Shown piece after piece: positions 1 to 10,284 of a DNA stretch of 64,000 bases; the first letter of the stretch is position 1; each line of letters starts with the position of its first letter. The stretch comes from an uncultured Acidobacteriota bacterium. Its GTDB lineage: Bacteria > Acidobacteriota > Thermoanaerobaculia > Multivoradales > JAHEKO01. The position numbers were made by a program, and so were the translations under genes. The notes under the pieces are model-generated. The model had not been told where the DNA came from. It saw only the letters and a program-made list of their open reading frames with translations, and did not search any database. Location: assembly GCA_963713825.1 (NCBI GenBank), contig CAVQNG010000001.1:288001-352000 (forward strand), written 5' to 3'.

Positions 1-2
1 CT

Positions 3-965
3 GTGGTCGGGATCAGTGAAGCCATCAAGGTGCTACCTCGGGCGCGCGAGATCTTCCATCACCTGGTGACGGAAGTGGAGGGCCGGGATAGCGGGGCCGC
101 CGTCCTGGTCGACTCTCCCGATTTCAACTTGAGGCTGGCCAAGGCTCTGAAGCAGAGCGGCAGAAGGGTCATCTACTACATCAGTCCCCAAGTTTGGGCT
201 TGGCGCAAGGGACGCGTGCGGCTGATCTCGAAGGTTGTCGACAAAATGATCGTGGTCTTGCCCTTCGAGGTCGATTTCTACCGCAGGTACGGGATCGAGG
301 TCACCTATGTGGGGCACCCGCTGGTGGATGAAGTTCCCAGATTGGATCACGTTTGGGATACCGAGCAAGCTCCCTCAGGACCATTCACCATATCCCTGCT
401 GCCAGGTTCCAGGCGTAGTGAGGTGGATTCCATCCTCCCGACGCTCTTACAGGCCGCCCGCGAATTGGGACGACACCTGGAGATCCGATTGCAGTTGATC
501 CAGGCCAGCAGCCTGGAGCGAAGCTATCTGCAGCCTTTTGTCGAGGCCAGTGGCTTGGAAGTGGAGTTCGTCGACGAGGATCGGTTCGAAGCGCTGGCAG
601 CTTCCCATTTGGCCCTTTGCGCTTCGGGTACCGCAACCCTCGAAGTGGGATTGATCGGAACTCCGATGATCGTGGTCTACCGGGTTCGTCCGTGGACTTA
701 TCTTCTCGGTCGGTTCTTGGTCCGCCTGCCCAACGTAAGCCTGGTCAACCTCGTTCTGGAGGACCGGGTCGTCCAAGAGTTGATTCAGGGACAAGCCCGA
801 CCGGCTGCTATTTCTGAAGAAGCAGTACGCCTCCTGACCAATCAGGGTAGGATTCGGCGGATGAGATCTTCCCTCCGGGAGCTGTGGGTTCGTCTTGGCG
901 AATCGGGCGCTAGCCGCCGAGCCGCGGAAGAAGTCGTTGAATATCTCGATGAGATAGCTCGTTGA
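3..965 (+). CDS. lpxB: Lipid-A-disaccharide synthase (5'-truncated by window edge)
   Basis: Motifs VDSPDFNLRLA, YYISPQVWAWR, YVGHPL, LLPGSR, ASGTATLE; upstream of msbA. Confidence 0.95.
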   Translation: MVGISEAIKVLPRAREIFHHLVTEVEGRDSGAAVLVDSPDFNLRLAKALKQSGRRVIYYISPQVWAWRKGRVRLISKVVDKMIVVLPFEVDFYRRYGIEVTYVGHPLVDEVPRLDHVWDTEQAPSGPFTISLLPGSRRSEVDSILPTLLQAARELGRHLEIRLQLIQASSLERSYLQPFVEASGLEVEFVDEDRFEALAASHLALCASGTATLEVGLIGTPMIVVYRVRPWTYLLGRFLVRLPNVSLVNLVLEDRVVQELIQGQARPAAISEEAVRLLTNQGRIRRMRSSLRELWVRLGESGASRRAAEEVVEYLDEIAR

Positions 966-987
966 GGCGACCCAAGAAGGACAACGA

Positions 988-2865
988 TTGAAGCTCCTGA
1001 CCTTTCTACTGCGCTACTTTCGCCACTATGTCGGCTGGGCTGTGCTCGCCGCGGTCGCCGCGCTGTTGTACGGAATTCTGACAGCGGGCATCGTCGCCTT
1101 GATCGAGCCGATCTTTGGCGAGGTGTTGCTGGCCGGGGATAGCTCTCCCGTTGGTCTGTCAACTCCCGATCTGCCAGCGCCGGGCGATACGGATGGCGAA
1201 GCGACCTCCAGGCTCCAACAACTGGCATCTCACTTCCAACTCAAAGACCGGCTAGACGACGGTTACCAGAGCGTCAAGCGGCGTTTCGGAGTCGATGAGA
1301 CGAACGTTGTCTACTTTCTGCCCTTGCTGGTGGTTGGGATCTTTTTGTCGCGAAGTCTCGCGAACTTCATCAGTGGGTACTCGTTCCGGCGCATCGGCTT
1401 GGGAATGACTAATGATCTGCGGAATGACCTTTACCGGAGGGTCCTGACGCAGTCGAGCCGGTTCCACGCTGCACATCCCTCGGGAGAGCTGATCAGCCGT
1501 GTCGTCAATGACATTGGGGTCATGCAGAGCGCTGTCTCCTATCAAGTCGTGGACTTGGTGCAGCAAAGTCTGACTCTCGTCTTTCTGGTCGCGCTGTTGT
1601 TGTCGACCGATTTCCGGCTCGCCATAACGTGTCTGGTGCTGACTCCCATATTCCTGTTCCCCATCGTCAGGTTCGGCTCCAGCATGCGAAAGACCAGCTA
1701 CCGAAGCCAGGAACGGATGGCGGATCTGGCAAATCTGGTCGGAGAAGGAGTGAGGGGACACCGGGTAGTCAAGGCCTTTGGAATGGAGGAGTTCGAGATC
1801 GGGAAGTTCCGCCAGGCCACCAGGCGTCACCTGAGGGTCAACCTGTGGGCTCAAATGCTCTCGACTCTCTCCAGTCCCGTAGTCGAGTCGATGGGAGTGA
1901 TTGGCGTCGCGGTACTGCTGATCTACGCCGGACTCCAAATCCGGGCCGGAAGCCTCTCTGCACCCTTGTTCGTAGCGTTCCTCATAAACCTCTTCTGGAT
2001 GTACGAGCCGATTCGCAAGTTGAACAAGGTCAACCTCGTGCTGCAGCAGTCGCTGGCTGCTGCTCACCGAGTCCATGACGTAATCGAGGTTCCGAACGAA
2101 ATCGTGGAGGCACCCGACGCTGGCACGCTGGAGACTGTGACCGAGGGCGTCAGTTTCGAGAGTGTCTCCTTCGCCTATGAAGAGCAGCCAGTGCTGCAGG
2201 ATGTCAGCCTGAGTCTTCGAAAAGGGGAAGTCGTGGCCTTGGTTGGACCCTCCGGGGCGGGAAAGTCGACTCTGGTCAACTTGCTGCCACGGTTCTTCGA
2301 TCCCAATTCCGGGGTCATCGAGATCGATGGTATCGACATCCGGAAGCTGACGCTGAAGAGTTTGCGCTCTCTCATCGGTCTTGTAACCCAGGATACGGTT
2401 CTGTTCGATGATTCGATTCGGGCCAACATCGGTTACGGCAGGAGCGATCTGCCGCTCGAGCAGATTCGAGAAGCTGCCGCCGCCGCCTACGCGGACGACT
2501 TCATCATGCAGACCCCGGCTGGTTACGAAACCGGCATCGGTGAGGCAGGCGTGCACCTCTCGGGTGGCCAAAGGCAGCGTCTGGCAATCGCCCGCGCTCT
2601 GCTGAAGAATGCGCCGATTCTCATTTTGGACGAGGCGACATCGCAGCTCGACTCGGAGTCGGAGGCACTGGTGCAGAAGGCTCTATCGAATCTCATGGCC
2701 GGTCGCACGACTCTGGTGATCGCTCATCGCTTGTCGACTGTCATGAATGCGGATCGAATCGTCGTGATGGACGGTGGCAAGATCGTGGAGCAGGGTGATC
2801 ATGAGCATCTACTGGCCGTCGGTGGGCTCTATCGGCGACTCTATGACCTGCAATTCGAAGTCTGA
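988..2865 (+). CDS. msbA: Lipid A export ABC transporter, permease/ATPase
   Basis: N-terminal TM domain, Walker A GPSGAGKST, LSGGQRQR, ILILDEATS; TTG start; follows lpxB. Confidence 0.88.
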   Translation: MKLLTFLLRYFRHYVGWAVLAAVAALLYGILTAGIVALIEPIFGEVLLAGDSSPVGLSTPDLPAPGDTDGEATSRLQQLASHFQLKDRLDDGYQSVKRRFGVDETNVVYFLPLLVVGIFLSRSLANFISGYSFRRIGLGMTNDLRNDLYRRVLTQSSRFHAAHPSGELISRVVNDIGVMQSAVSYQVVDLVQQSLTLVFLVALLLSTDFRLAITCLVLTPIFLFPIVRFGSSMRKTSYRSQERMADLANLVGEGVRGHRVVKAFGMEEFEIGKFRQATRRHLRVNLWAQMLSTLSSPVVESMGVIGVAVLLIYAGLQIRAGSLSAPLFVAFLINLFWMYEPIRKLNKVNLVLQQSLAAAHRVHDVIEVPNEIVEAPDAGTLETVTEGVSFESVSFAYEEQPVLQDVSLSLRKGEVVALVGPSGAGKSTLVNLLPRFFDPNSGVIEIDGIDIRKLTLKSLRSLIGLVTQDTVLFDDSIRANIGYGRSDLPLEQIREAAAAAYADDFIMQTPAGYETGIGEAGVHLSGGQRQRLAIARALLKNAPILILDEATSQLDSESEALVQKALSNLMAGRTTLVIAHRLSTVMNADRIVVMDGGKIVEQGDHEHLLAVGGLYRRLYDLQFEV

Positions 2866-2876
2866 GGATTGATCTC

Positions 2877-3764
2877 ATGCGGAGCATGACGGGGTTCAGT
2901 CGGGCCTCTGGGGAGAATCAGCGATTGCGGCTGGAGGTGTCCATCCGGACTGTGAACCATCGTCACCTCGACATCACGGTCCGAGTTCCAGAGGAAATTC
3001 GCGAGTTCGAAAGTCCAGTTCGCAAAGCGGTGGCGGAAAAACTCACCCGAGGGCGAGTAGAAGTCCGGATCGATGTTCTCTACCTCGGTGGCGAAGTGCC
3101 GCAGGTAGAGATCGAGGACGATGTCGTGGCAGCCTTGCGACAGAGGATCGACGGGCTCTCTGCGAAGGGCTGGATAACGTCGGAGTTGAGCTTCATGGAT
3201 CTCATGAAGTTCCCAGGTGCGGTGCGGGCTTCGTCGGGTTCGGTGGAGTTCGGATCGGAGGACGCCGAGCTCTTGATCGAGACGGTCGGCAGGGCGGCAG
3301 AGGGAGTTGTGGTGGCCCGGCAGACGGAGGGAAACAGTCTCAAAGTCGTTCTCGAGGGGTTGGCGGCAGATCTGAGCGCAGTGGTGACTGCAGTAGAGGG
3401 AACCTGGGAGGATGTGACGGCAGACCTGCCCGAAAAGCTACGAGCCAGGGTGGAGGAGCTGCTGCAAGCCCCAACGCCGGCCCTGGACGAAAATCGGTTG
3501 GCGCAGGAGGTGGCCATACTGGTAGAACGCGGTGATGTTCGCGAGGAGCTGGACCGCCTGCGTTCGCATCTCGAGCATCTCCGTGAGCTGGTCGGACAAG
3601 AAGGCCAGGCGGTGGGAAAGCGTCTGGACTTTCTCGCTCAAGAGATCTTTCGAGAGCTCTCGACTTTGGCAGCGAAGTTCCGCGACCCTGCGACCGTTCA
3701 ACGGGTCATCGATGGCAAGTTGGTGTGCGAGCAGATTCGAGAACAGGTGCAGAACATCGAGTAG
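2877..3764 (+). CDS. yicC: YicC/YloC family endoribonuclease
   Basis: MRSMTGF start, DVREELDRL, GKRLDFLAQE, EQIREQVQNIE end; upstream of gmk. Confidence 0.93.
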   Translation: MRSMTGFSRASGENQRLRLEVSIRTVNHRHLDITVRVPEEIREFESPVRKAVAEKLTRGRVEVRIDVLYLGGEVPQVEIEDDVVAALRQRIDGLSAKGWITSELSFMDLMKFPGAVRASSGSVEFGSEDAELLIETVGRAAEGVVVARQTEGNSLKVVLEGLAADLSAVVTAVEGTWEDVTADLPEKLRARVEELLQAPTPALDENRLAQEVAILVERGDVREELDRLRSHLEHLRELVGQEGQAVGKRLDFLAQEIFRELSTLAAKFRDPATVQRVIDGKLVCEQIREQVQNIE

Positions 3765-3801
3765 GCTCGGCGCCACCAAGCGATAGGTGTTTCGATTTCA
3801 A

Positions 3802-4443
3802 ATGCGAAAAGGCGAGCTGTTTCTGTTGACATCGCCGTCGGGGACGGGCAAGGACACCCTCATCGATCGGGTCCTCGAGGACGAGATCGGTAGGAACGGA
3901 GCCCTGTGGCATTCGGTTAGCCACACCACCCGGCGGCCGCGAGGCAACGAAGTGGACGGTGAGCACTACCACTTCGTAGATCGTGCAACGTTCGAGGCGA
4001 TGGCCGCGAATGGAGAGTTCCTGGAGTTTGCCGAGTACAACGCGAACCTCTACGGCAGCTCGGTCCAAGAGGTAATGCCCAGGTTGGAGAGGGGGATGGA
4101 CGTCATCCTGGACATCGATGTCCAGGGCGCCGAGCAGATCCTGGAAACGATGCCGCAGGCCCACGGGATCCTGGTGCTGCCACCCTCCTACGAGACCCTC
4201 CGGGACCGGCTGCAGGGGAGAGGTCAGGAAGACGCTCTGCAGATTGCCGAACGACTGGCTGTATCTGTTTGGGAAATAGAGCGTTACGAGCTTTTTGGGT
4301 ATGCTATTATCAACGATGACTTGGACCTCGCCGTTTTGGCCCTGACGGCGATCATCCTGGAAAAGCGCCTGCGGCGAGACAAGCAGAGAGAGCGTATCGA
4401 GACTATCCTTCAGGGTTTTCGCTCGGCTGTTCAGGGCGAATAG
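3802..4443 (+). CDS. gmk: Guanylate kinase
   Basis: SPSGTGK, SHTTRRPRGNEVDGEHYHF, LDIDVQGA; yicC-gmk-rpoZ synteny. Confidence 0.96.
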   Translation: MRKGELFLLTSPSGTGKDTLIDRVLEDEIGRNGALWHSVSHTTRRPRGNEVDGEHYHFVDRATFEAMAANGEFLEFAEYNANLYGSSVQEVMPRLERGMDVILDIDVQGAEQILETMPQAHGILVLPPSYETLRDRLQGRGQEDALQIAERLAVSVWEIERYELFGYAIINDDLDLAVLALTAIILEKRLRRDKQRERIETILQGFRSAVQGE

Positions 4444-4491
4444 TCTTTCTGTGCATCGTCGTCAGTTCGGCTGTAAACGTCGAGGAGAGTT

Positions 4492-4743
4492 GTGAATATG
4501 GATCGAATGCCTGAGAGAATCGATAGCAAATTCCGGTTTGTGCTGCTGGCTGCTGAACGCGCCGAGCAGATGCTACGCGGTGCCCGACCGAAACTGGAGA
4601 TACCGGACAAGAAGGCTACCCGGATCGCGATGCACGAAATCGCCAATGATCTGGTGGAATGGGACTTCGGTCCGGCTCCTGAGCCCGTGATCGAAGAAGA
4701 GGAATCGGCTGAAGAAGCAGCGCCAGCTGAAGAGACGGAGTAG
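4492..4743 (+). CDS. rpoZ: RNA polymerase omega subunit
   Basis: SKFRFVLLAAERAEQ...IAMHEI; between gmk and coaBC. Confidence 0.93.
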   Translation: MNMDRMPERIDSKFRFVLLAAERAEQMLRGARPKLEIPDKKATRIAMHEIANDLVEWDFGPAPEPVIEEEESAEEAAPAEETE

Positions 4744-4834
4744 CAGCCTGTCTGAATCGACCCGAGCCGCTGGCCGCCAACTGGAGTGGGTTGGCTGCCG
4801 GTAGTTGGCGGTCGACCCCGACGAAAGGACGGAA

Positions 4835-6061
4835 ATGCCTGAGTCCCTGAACGTGCTTCTTGGAGTCAGTGGGGGCATCGCCGCATTCAAAGTTCCAGAG
4901 ATCGTGCGCAGCCTGCGGCTCAAGGGCCACGCGGTCCGCTGCGCCATGACCCACAGCGCTGCCGCCTTCGTGACACCGTTGACCTTGGAGGTTCTGACCG
5001 AGGCGCCGGTCTATCGCGAGGAGTACCTCGAGGCCAACAACAGCGGTGAGGAGCTCCACATCAGCGCTGCCCGTTGGGCCGACGTGATGTGCGTGGCTCC
5101 GGCCACCTGTAACACGCTGTCTCGGTTGGCACTAGGACTGGCTGACGATTTCCTGGCCACGACCTGCCTAGCATTCACCGGTCGACTCCTCGTCGCACCC
5201 GCCATGACAAGTGAGATGTGGGAGAAGTCGATCATTCAGGCTCATGTGGCCACCCTCCGAGAGCGGGGCGTCGAATTTGTCGGGCCGGTGGTGGGGCCGC
5301 TGGCGACTGGGGAAATCGGCATGGGGCGGATGGCCGAACCCGAAGAGATCGTTGCCGCAGTCGAAATGACGCCCAGGAGGGGAGACCTCGCGGGTAGGAC
5401 AGTGCTTGTAACGGCGGGCCCGACACAGGAACCGCTGGATCCCGTCCGATTTCTTTCCAACCGATCCAGCGGGAAGATGGGCTTCAGCTTGGCTGCAGAG
5501 GCGGCGAGCCGTGGGGCGAGGACTCTGTTGGTGTCGGGACCCGTTGCTCTGCCGACGCCCCGCGGCGTCGAGCGGTTCGATGTTGCCACGGCAGCCGAGA
5601 TGGCCGAGATGGTTGAACGGCTGGCACCGCAGGCCGAAGTCGTGATCATGGCGGCGGCTGTCGCCGACTTCAAGCCTCGAGAGGTCTTCGAAACGAAGCT
5701 CAAGAAGGGGGCCGGGCCACCGGATCTGAAGCTCGAGAGCACCCAGGATATCCTGAGCGCGCTTGGTGAGACGGCGCCGAACGCCCTGCGGATTGGCTTT
5801 GCCGCCGAGACCGGTGACCTCGAAGGCGAGGCGAAGCGAAAGCTGGATGAGAAGGGGGCGCACTGGATCATCGCCAACGATGTCTCGCGCAGTGATATCG
5901 GCTTCGAAGTCGACCTCAACGAGGTCACGGTCTATCGACGCGATCAGCCCCCGAAAACGATCCCTCGGCAGGCCAAGCGGCAGATCGCGAGACAGCTTTT
6001 CGATCTGGTGAGGCAGGAGTTCGAAGAGCTCGAAAGGTGGAAGGCCAGCCAGGGTGAATGA
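4835..6061 (+). CDS. coaBC: Phosphopantothenoylcysteine decarboxylase / phosphopantothenate-cysteine ligase
   Basis: GVSGGIAAFK, APATCN, APAM, TAGPTQEPLDPVRFLSNRSSGKMG, GFAAET. Confidence 0.96.
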   Translation: MPESLNVLLGVSGGIAAFKVPEIVRSLRLKGHAVRCAMTHSAAAFVTPLTLEVLTEAPVYREEYLEANNSGEELHISAARWADVMCVAPATCNTLSRLALGLADDFLATTCLAFTGRLLVAPAMTSEMWEKSIIQAHVATLRERGVEFVGPVVGPLATGEIGMGRMAEPEEIVAAVEMTPRRGDLAGRTVLVTAGPTQEPLDPVRFLSNRSSGKMGFSLAAEAASRGARTLLVSGPVALPTPRGVERFDVATAAEMAEMVERLAPQAEVVIMAAAVADFKPREVFETKLKKGAGPPDLKLESTQDILSALGETAPNALRIGFAAETGDLEGEAKRKLDEKGAHWIIANDVSRSDIGFEVDLNEVTVYRRDQPPKTIPRQAKRQIARQLFDLVRQEFEELERWKASQGE

Positions 6062-6755
6062 GCTCTTGGAGTACCTGCAGGAGATCGGCTTCGAAGATCT
6101 CTATCTGCCTAGAGCTGCAAGCGATTTGGCGACAGAGGACAAGGCGGCGGAGCGAGTGGCGTCGCCACCGCGGTCGGAGGGCGCTCTCGAGCGCCAGGCT
6201 CGCCTCGTGGGTCTCGAGGAGGAGGCGAGAGATTGCCAGCTCTGCAATCTGTGTCAGGGACGGCAAAAGGTCGTGTTTGGCAGCGGGGATCCGGACGCCG
6301 ACTTGATGTTCATCGGTGAAGGACCGGGTGCCGAGGAGGATCGGCAGGGACTGCCATTCGTAGGTCGTGCTGGGGAATTACTGACGAAGATCATCGAAGC
6401 CATCGGCTTGCAGCGCGAAGGTGTCTATATTGCCAATATCGTCAAGTGTCGCCCACCAGGAAACAGGGATCCAAAGCCCGATGAGGTGGCGCAGTGTCGG
6501 GCCTATCTGGAGCAGCAGATCGATCTGATCGAGCCCAAGATCATCGTTCTGTTGGGTCGCGTAGCGGCTCAGACCATGCTGGGCAACGACCTCACACTGG
6601 GAAGAATGAGGGATCAATGGCATCGCGTCCGGGAAATCGAGACGAGAGTGACCTACCATCCCGCAGCGCTGCTGCGCAATGCGTCATTCAAGCGACCGAC
6701 TTGGGAAGACATGCAGGTGGTACGTGACCGGCTCGCAGAAGTGTCGGCCAGATGA
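6054..6755 (+). CDS. Uracil-DNA glycosylase, family 4 (4Fe-4S)
   Basis: [39 protein letters not shown]. Confidence 0.93.
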   Translation: MNELLEYLQEIGFEDLYLPRAASDLATEDKAAERVASPPRSEGALERQARLVGLEEEARDCQLCNLCQGRQKVVFGSGDPDADLMFIGEGPGAEEDRQGLPFVGRAGELLTKIIEAIGLQREGVYIANIVKCRPPGNRDPKPDEVAQCRAYLEQQIDLIEPKIIVLLGRVAAQTMLGNDLTLGRMRDQWHRVREIETRVTYHPAALLRNASFKRPTWEDMQVVRDRLAEVSAR

Positions 6756-6802
6756 ACCGCTTTCCGAGCAGGTGTCCAAACCGTCGCCGAGTGGCAAGCG
6801 GT

Positions 6803-6811
6803 TGTTACAAT
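6803..6811 (+). promoter_or_regulatory. Extended -10 element, likely leaderless transcript of the GT2 gene
   Basis: TG-t-TACAAT ends 8 nt before ATG 6820; no Shine-Dalgarno. Confidence 0.55.
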
Positions 6812-6819
6812 AGCCGATC

Positions 6820-7806
6820 ATGACCGTCGATTCGCTTCCGGCCTCGATAGAGGTCGCAGATCCAGAAGGCTACGAGCCCGAGGTGAGCATCATCGTTCCT
6901 GTGCTCAACGAGGCGGGGACGGTGTTGGAGCTGTCGCGCCGTGTAGCCGAAGTCATGGAGCGAATCGGGCGTCGGTTCGAGATCCTCTTCGTGGACGACG
7001 GGTCCTCCGATGAGACAAGACAGCGGGTCAAAGAGGCGCACGAGATCGACGATCGAGTCAAGCTCGTCAGCCTGCGACGAAATTTCGGCAAAGCCGCGGC
7101 CCTGTGCGCCGGCTTCGACCATTCGAGTGGCCAGATCCTCATCACCATGGATGGTGACCTTCAAGACGAGCCGGATGAGATTCCGCGCTTCCTCGAGAAG
7201 CTCGAGAGCGAGAACCTCGACCTGGTCTCTGGCTGGAAGCAACAGCGGCAGGATCCGGCATCGAAGCGCTATCCCTCGCGGCTGTTCAATTGGGTGACGA
7301 GAAAGCTGGCCAGTGTCGATCTGCACGACTTCAACTGTGGTTTCAAGGCCTATCGACGGGAGGTTCTGGACGAGATCGCCCTCTACGGCGAGTTGCACCG
7401 TTACATTCCCGTCCTGGCCAGCCGCCGCGGCTTCACTCTCGGCGAGCTGTCCGTGGTGCATCATCCCAGGGAGCATGGAACCAGCAAATACGGTTGGGAT
7501 CGTTACTACAAGGGACTTCTGGACCTGATTACGGTGCTGTTCATCACGAAGTACACTCGCCGGCCACTTCATCTGTTCGGCATGATCGGCCTGAGCTCAC
7601 TCTTTGTGGGTTTCGGAATCAATCTCTACCTGGCAATTCTCTGGCTGTCGGGTCAGACTTTGTCGAACCGGCCTTTACTGCTGCTGGGGATCCTCCTCAT
7701 GCTGCTCGGAATTCAGGTGCTCACGACTGGCCTGATCGGCGAGATGATCACGTTCAAGAACTTCAACCGCACCGACACCTACTCGGTCAAGGAGCGAGTG
7801 GAGTAG
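6820..7806 (+). CDS. GT2 polyprenol-phosphate glycosyltransferase (ArnC/GtrB-like)
   Basis: VDDGSSD, RNFGK, MDGDLQD, DFNCGFKAYRR, two C-terminal TM helices. Confidence 0.9.
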   Translation: MTVDSLPASIEVADPEGYEPEVSIIVPVLNEAGTVLELSRRVAEVMERIGRRFEILFVDDGSSDETRQRVKEAHEIDDRVKLVSLRRNFGKAAALCAGFDHSSGQILITMDGDLQDEPDEIPRFLEKLESENLDLVSGWKQQRQDPASKRYPSRLFNWVTRKLASVDLHDFNCGFKAYRREVLDEIALYGELHRYIPVLASRRGFTLGELSVVHHPREHGTSKYGWDRYYKGLLDLITVLFITKYTRRPLHLFGMIGLSSLFVGFGINLYLAILWLSGQTLSNRPLLLLGILLMLLGIQVLTTGLIGEMITFKNFNRTDTYSVKERVE

Positions 7807-7817
7807 GGAAGCTCGCA

Positions 7818-9074
7818 CTGAATCTCCTCTTCCTGACCCAGACCTACCCTCGCTTCGCGGGCGACACGGCAGGGCCCTTTATTCGGGACCTGGCGAGAGC
7901 TCTGGTTCGCGGCGGAGACCGCGTTACCGTTCTCACTCCGCACGCCGAGGGCGTGGCGCCTTCCTGGTCCGATGACGGAGTGGATGTAAAGAGCTTTCGC
8001 TACGCCCCGGAGCGCCTGGAAGTGTTGGGCTACGGCCGTAGCCTGAGCTCGGACGAGGCAGTTAGAGCTACCGCCGGTGCCGTCGCTCCGCTCTATGCGC
8101 TGGCAGCTCGGACGGCGGTGTCACGAGAGAGCGTTGCTGAGTCCTACGACCTGGTACACGCTCATTGGGTCGTGCCGAACGGAGTCGTGGCAGGACTTGC
8201 AAAACTGCGGGTCCCCCTGGCCGTGGGTTTGCACGGCAGCGATGTCTTCATGGCGGAAAAGGCGCTATTCAGGCCGTGGGTCAGGATGGCGCTCCAGAGA
8301 GCCTGTCTGCTAACGGGCTGCTCACCGGAGCTGGTGGAGCGCGTCTGCGAGTTGGGATTCGAGCGGTCACGGTCCGCGGTGATCCCGTACGGCGTCGATG
8401 TGGAACTCTTCAAACCCGACCCCGAGAGACGCGAGATCTGGCGTCAGAAGCTGGATCTGCCGCCCGACGCGGTGGTGGCGTTGGGCGTCGGTCGGATGGT
8501 GACGAAGAAGGGGTTCCACATCCTGATTCCGGTGCTGGCTGAGATTCTTGAACGGTTCCCCGATTTCCATCTCGTGCTTGCCGGTGGCGGTGATCGGCTC
8601 GAGGAGTTTCGGCAGAGCTCATCAGATTGGGCAGACCGGGTGCATTTCCCCGATGTCGTCCTGAGAGACACGCTACCCGATCTTTATCGAGCAGCAGATC
8701 TATTCGTTCTTCCTGCAGTGCACGATAGCAAAGGGAACGTCGATGGTCTGCCCAACGTCATCCTCGAGGGTATGGCGAGCGCCCTGCCGATTGTTGCTTC
8801 GGGCATCTCTGGTATTCCTTTGGCGGTAGCCGAAGGGGAGCAAGGACTGCTCGTAGAGGAGAATAATCCCGAACAGCTGTCCCGGGCTCTGACCCGGCTC
8901 CTCGAGTCCCCCTCGGAAAGAGCTCGTATGGGAGCAGCGGCTCGACGCAAGGCCACAGAGGAGCTCACATGGACTGTAGTAGCGGGGCGTTACCGCAAGG
9001 CATATGAGGCTGCCCTCGGATGGGACAATGACGGCTCCCAGCGGATCGTCAGCGGGGCTCCAACGAATCAGTGA
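7818..9074 (+). CDS. GT4 glycosyltransferase (probable CTG start)
   Basis: LLFLTQTYPRF, HAHW, HGSD, VIPYGVD, VGRMVTKKG, DGLPNVILEGMA; start inferred at CTG 7818 after the GT2 stop. Confidence 0.88.
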   Translation: MNLLFLTQTYPRFAGDTAGPFIRDLARALVRGGDRVTVLTPHAEGVAPSWSDDGVDVKSFRYAPERLEVLGYGRSLSSDEAVRATAGAVAPLYALAARTAVSRESVAESYDLVHAHWVVPNGVVAGLAKLRVPLAVGLHGSDVFMAEKALFRPWVRMALQRACLLTGCSPELVERVCELGFERSRSAVIPYGVDVELFKPDPERREIWRQKLDLPPDAVVALGVGRMVTKKGFHILIPVLAEILERFPDFHLVLAGGGDRLEEFRQSSSDWADRVHFPDVVLRDTLPDLYRAADLFVLPAVHDSKGNVDGLPNVILEGMASALPIVASGISGIPLAVAEGEQGLLVEENNPEQLSRALTRLLESPSERARMGAAARRKATEELTWTVVAGRYRKAYEAALGWDNDGSQRIVSGAPTNQ

Positions 9075-9105
9075 TGCTAGCTGCTAGATGCGGAGATCGG
9101 TCAAC

Positions 9106-10248
9106 ATGAACTGGGCCAGGGAGTTGGTTTCATCGCAGAGCGGCCGCAGCCTCGGCCTGGAGGAGCAGCCACCAACAACGGGCGAAGAAGTTCCGTGGCT
9201 TGTTGCCTACGACCTCGATCGCAGCAAGGGACAGGAGCTTGTGCGGTGCTTGCCAGAAAGAGCCTGGAGTCTCTGGCGATACAGGGAGCTGCTGCCCGTC
9301 GAAGACTTCGAGGGGCGGATCGATCTGGGTGAGGGTGGCACGCCGTTGGTCCGTGTCCGCAGTGCGCCGCGGGATCTGGAGGTCTGGCTGAAGGAGGAAG
9401 CGGGGAATCCGACCGGATCGTTCAAGGATCGGGGTTTGTCGTTAGCGGTGAATCGAGCCAGAGAGCTGGGTGCACCAGGGGTGCAGCTGCCGAGCGCGGG
9501 GAATGCTGCGCTGGCGACTGCTGCCTACGCCGCGGCTGGAGGTTTGCGCTGCCGCGTAGCCCTGCCGGGCGACACGCCGGGTATCATCGTCGATCGGTGT
9601 CGGGCGTATGGCGCCGAGGTTCTTCGCAGTGGAGCGACTCTCGTCGATTCGGCTGCTGCGCTGGCTACCTTCGAGGATGGGTTCTGGGATCTGTCGACAT
9701 TTCGTGAGCCCTACAGGGTTGAAGGCAAGAAGACCATGGGGCTGGAGCTTGTAGAACAGCTTGGATGGACCGCCCCTGACTGGATCTTCTATCCAACCGG
9801 CGGTGGCACTGGCATCGTCGCCATGTTCAAGGCGTTCCAGGAGCTTCAGGTACTGGGACTTCTGGGAGACAAGTTCCCCCGATTGGTTTCCGTTCAGATG
9901 GAGGGCTGCGCACCCATTGTCCGAGCCTTTGACGCTGGGCACGAGCGAGCCGAAGAATGGCAGAAGCCAGAGACACAGGTTTGGGGACTTCGAGTCCCGA
10001 GGTCGCTGGCGGATGCGCTGATTCTGCAAGCCCTTCGCAGCACGGGCGGAGTAGCTGTGAGTGTTCCTGAAGAGAGCCTGGGGGAGATCCAATCTCGGTA
10101 TGCCCAGCAGGAGGGACGCTGGCTGGGACCCGAGGGAGCAGCTGCGGTGGCAGGATTCGAGAAGCTGTGGGATGAAGGCCGAATCCAGCCGGGCGAGCGA
10201 GTCCTGATCTTTCAGACTGGGCACCCGGCAAACTACCTGGAGCGATAG
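9106..10248 (+). CDS. thrC: Threonine synthase-like PLP enzyme
   Basis: SLWRYRELLP, LGEGGTP, NPTGSFKDRG, SAGNA, EPYRVEGKKTMG, YPTGGG. Confidence 0.85.
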   Translation: MNWARELVSSQSGRSLGLEEQPPTTGEEVPWLVAYDLDRSKGQELVRCLPERAWSLWRYRELLPVEDFEGRIDLGEGGTPLVRVRSAPRDLEVWLKEEAGNPTGSFKDRGLSLAVNRARELGAPGVQLPSAGNAALATAAYAAAGGLRCRVALPGDTPGIIVDRCRAYGAEVLRSGATLVDSAAALATFEDGFWDLSTFREPYRVEGKKTMGLELVEQLGWTAPDWIFYPTGGGTGIVAMFKAFQELQVLGLLGDKFPRLVSVQMEGCAPIVRAFDAGHERAEEWQKPETQVWGLRVPRSLADALILQALRSTGGVAVSVPEESLGEIQSRYAQQEGRWLGPEGAAAVAGFEKLWDEGRIQPGERVLIFQTGHPANYLER

Positions 10249-10284
10249 GGCATGGGCCCTGAGGTCTGAAAAGGAGGCTGTGAA

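Noticed and set aside
6792-6807. Sigma54 promoter TGGCAAGCGGTTGTT before the GT2 gene
   Set aside because: Lacks GC at -12 with the required spacing; an extended -10 explains the site better.
7290-7817. N-terminal extension of the 594-aa GT4 ORF
   Set aside because: Overlaps the GT2 gene out of frame and looks non-protein-like; GT4 similarity begins at 7818.
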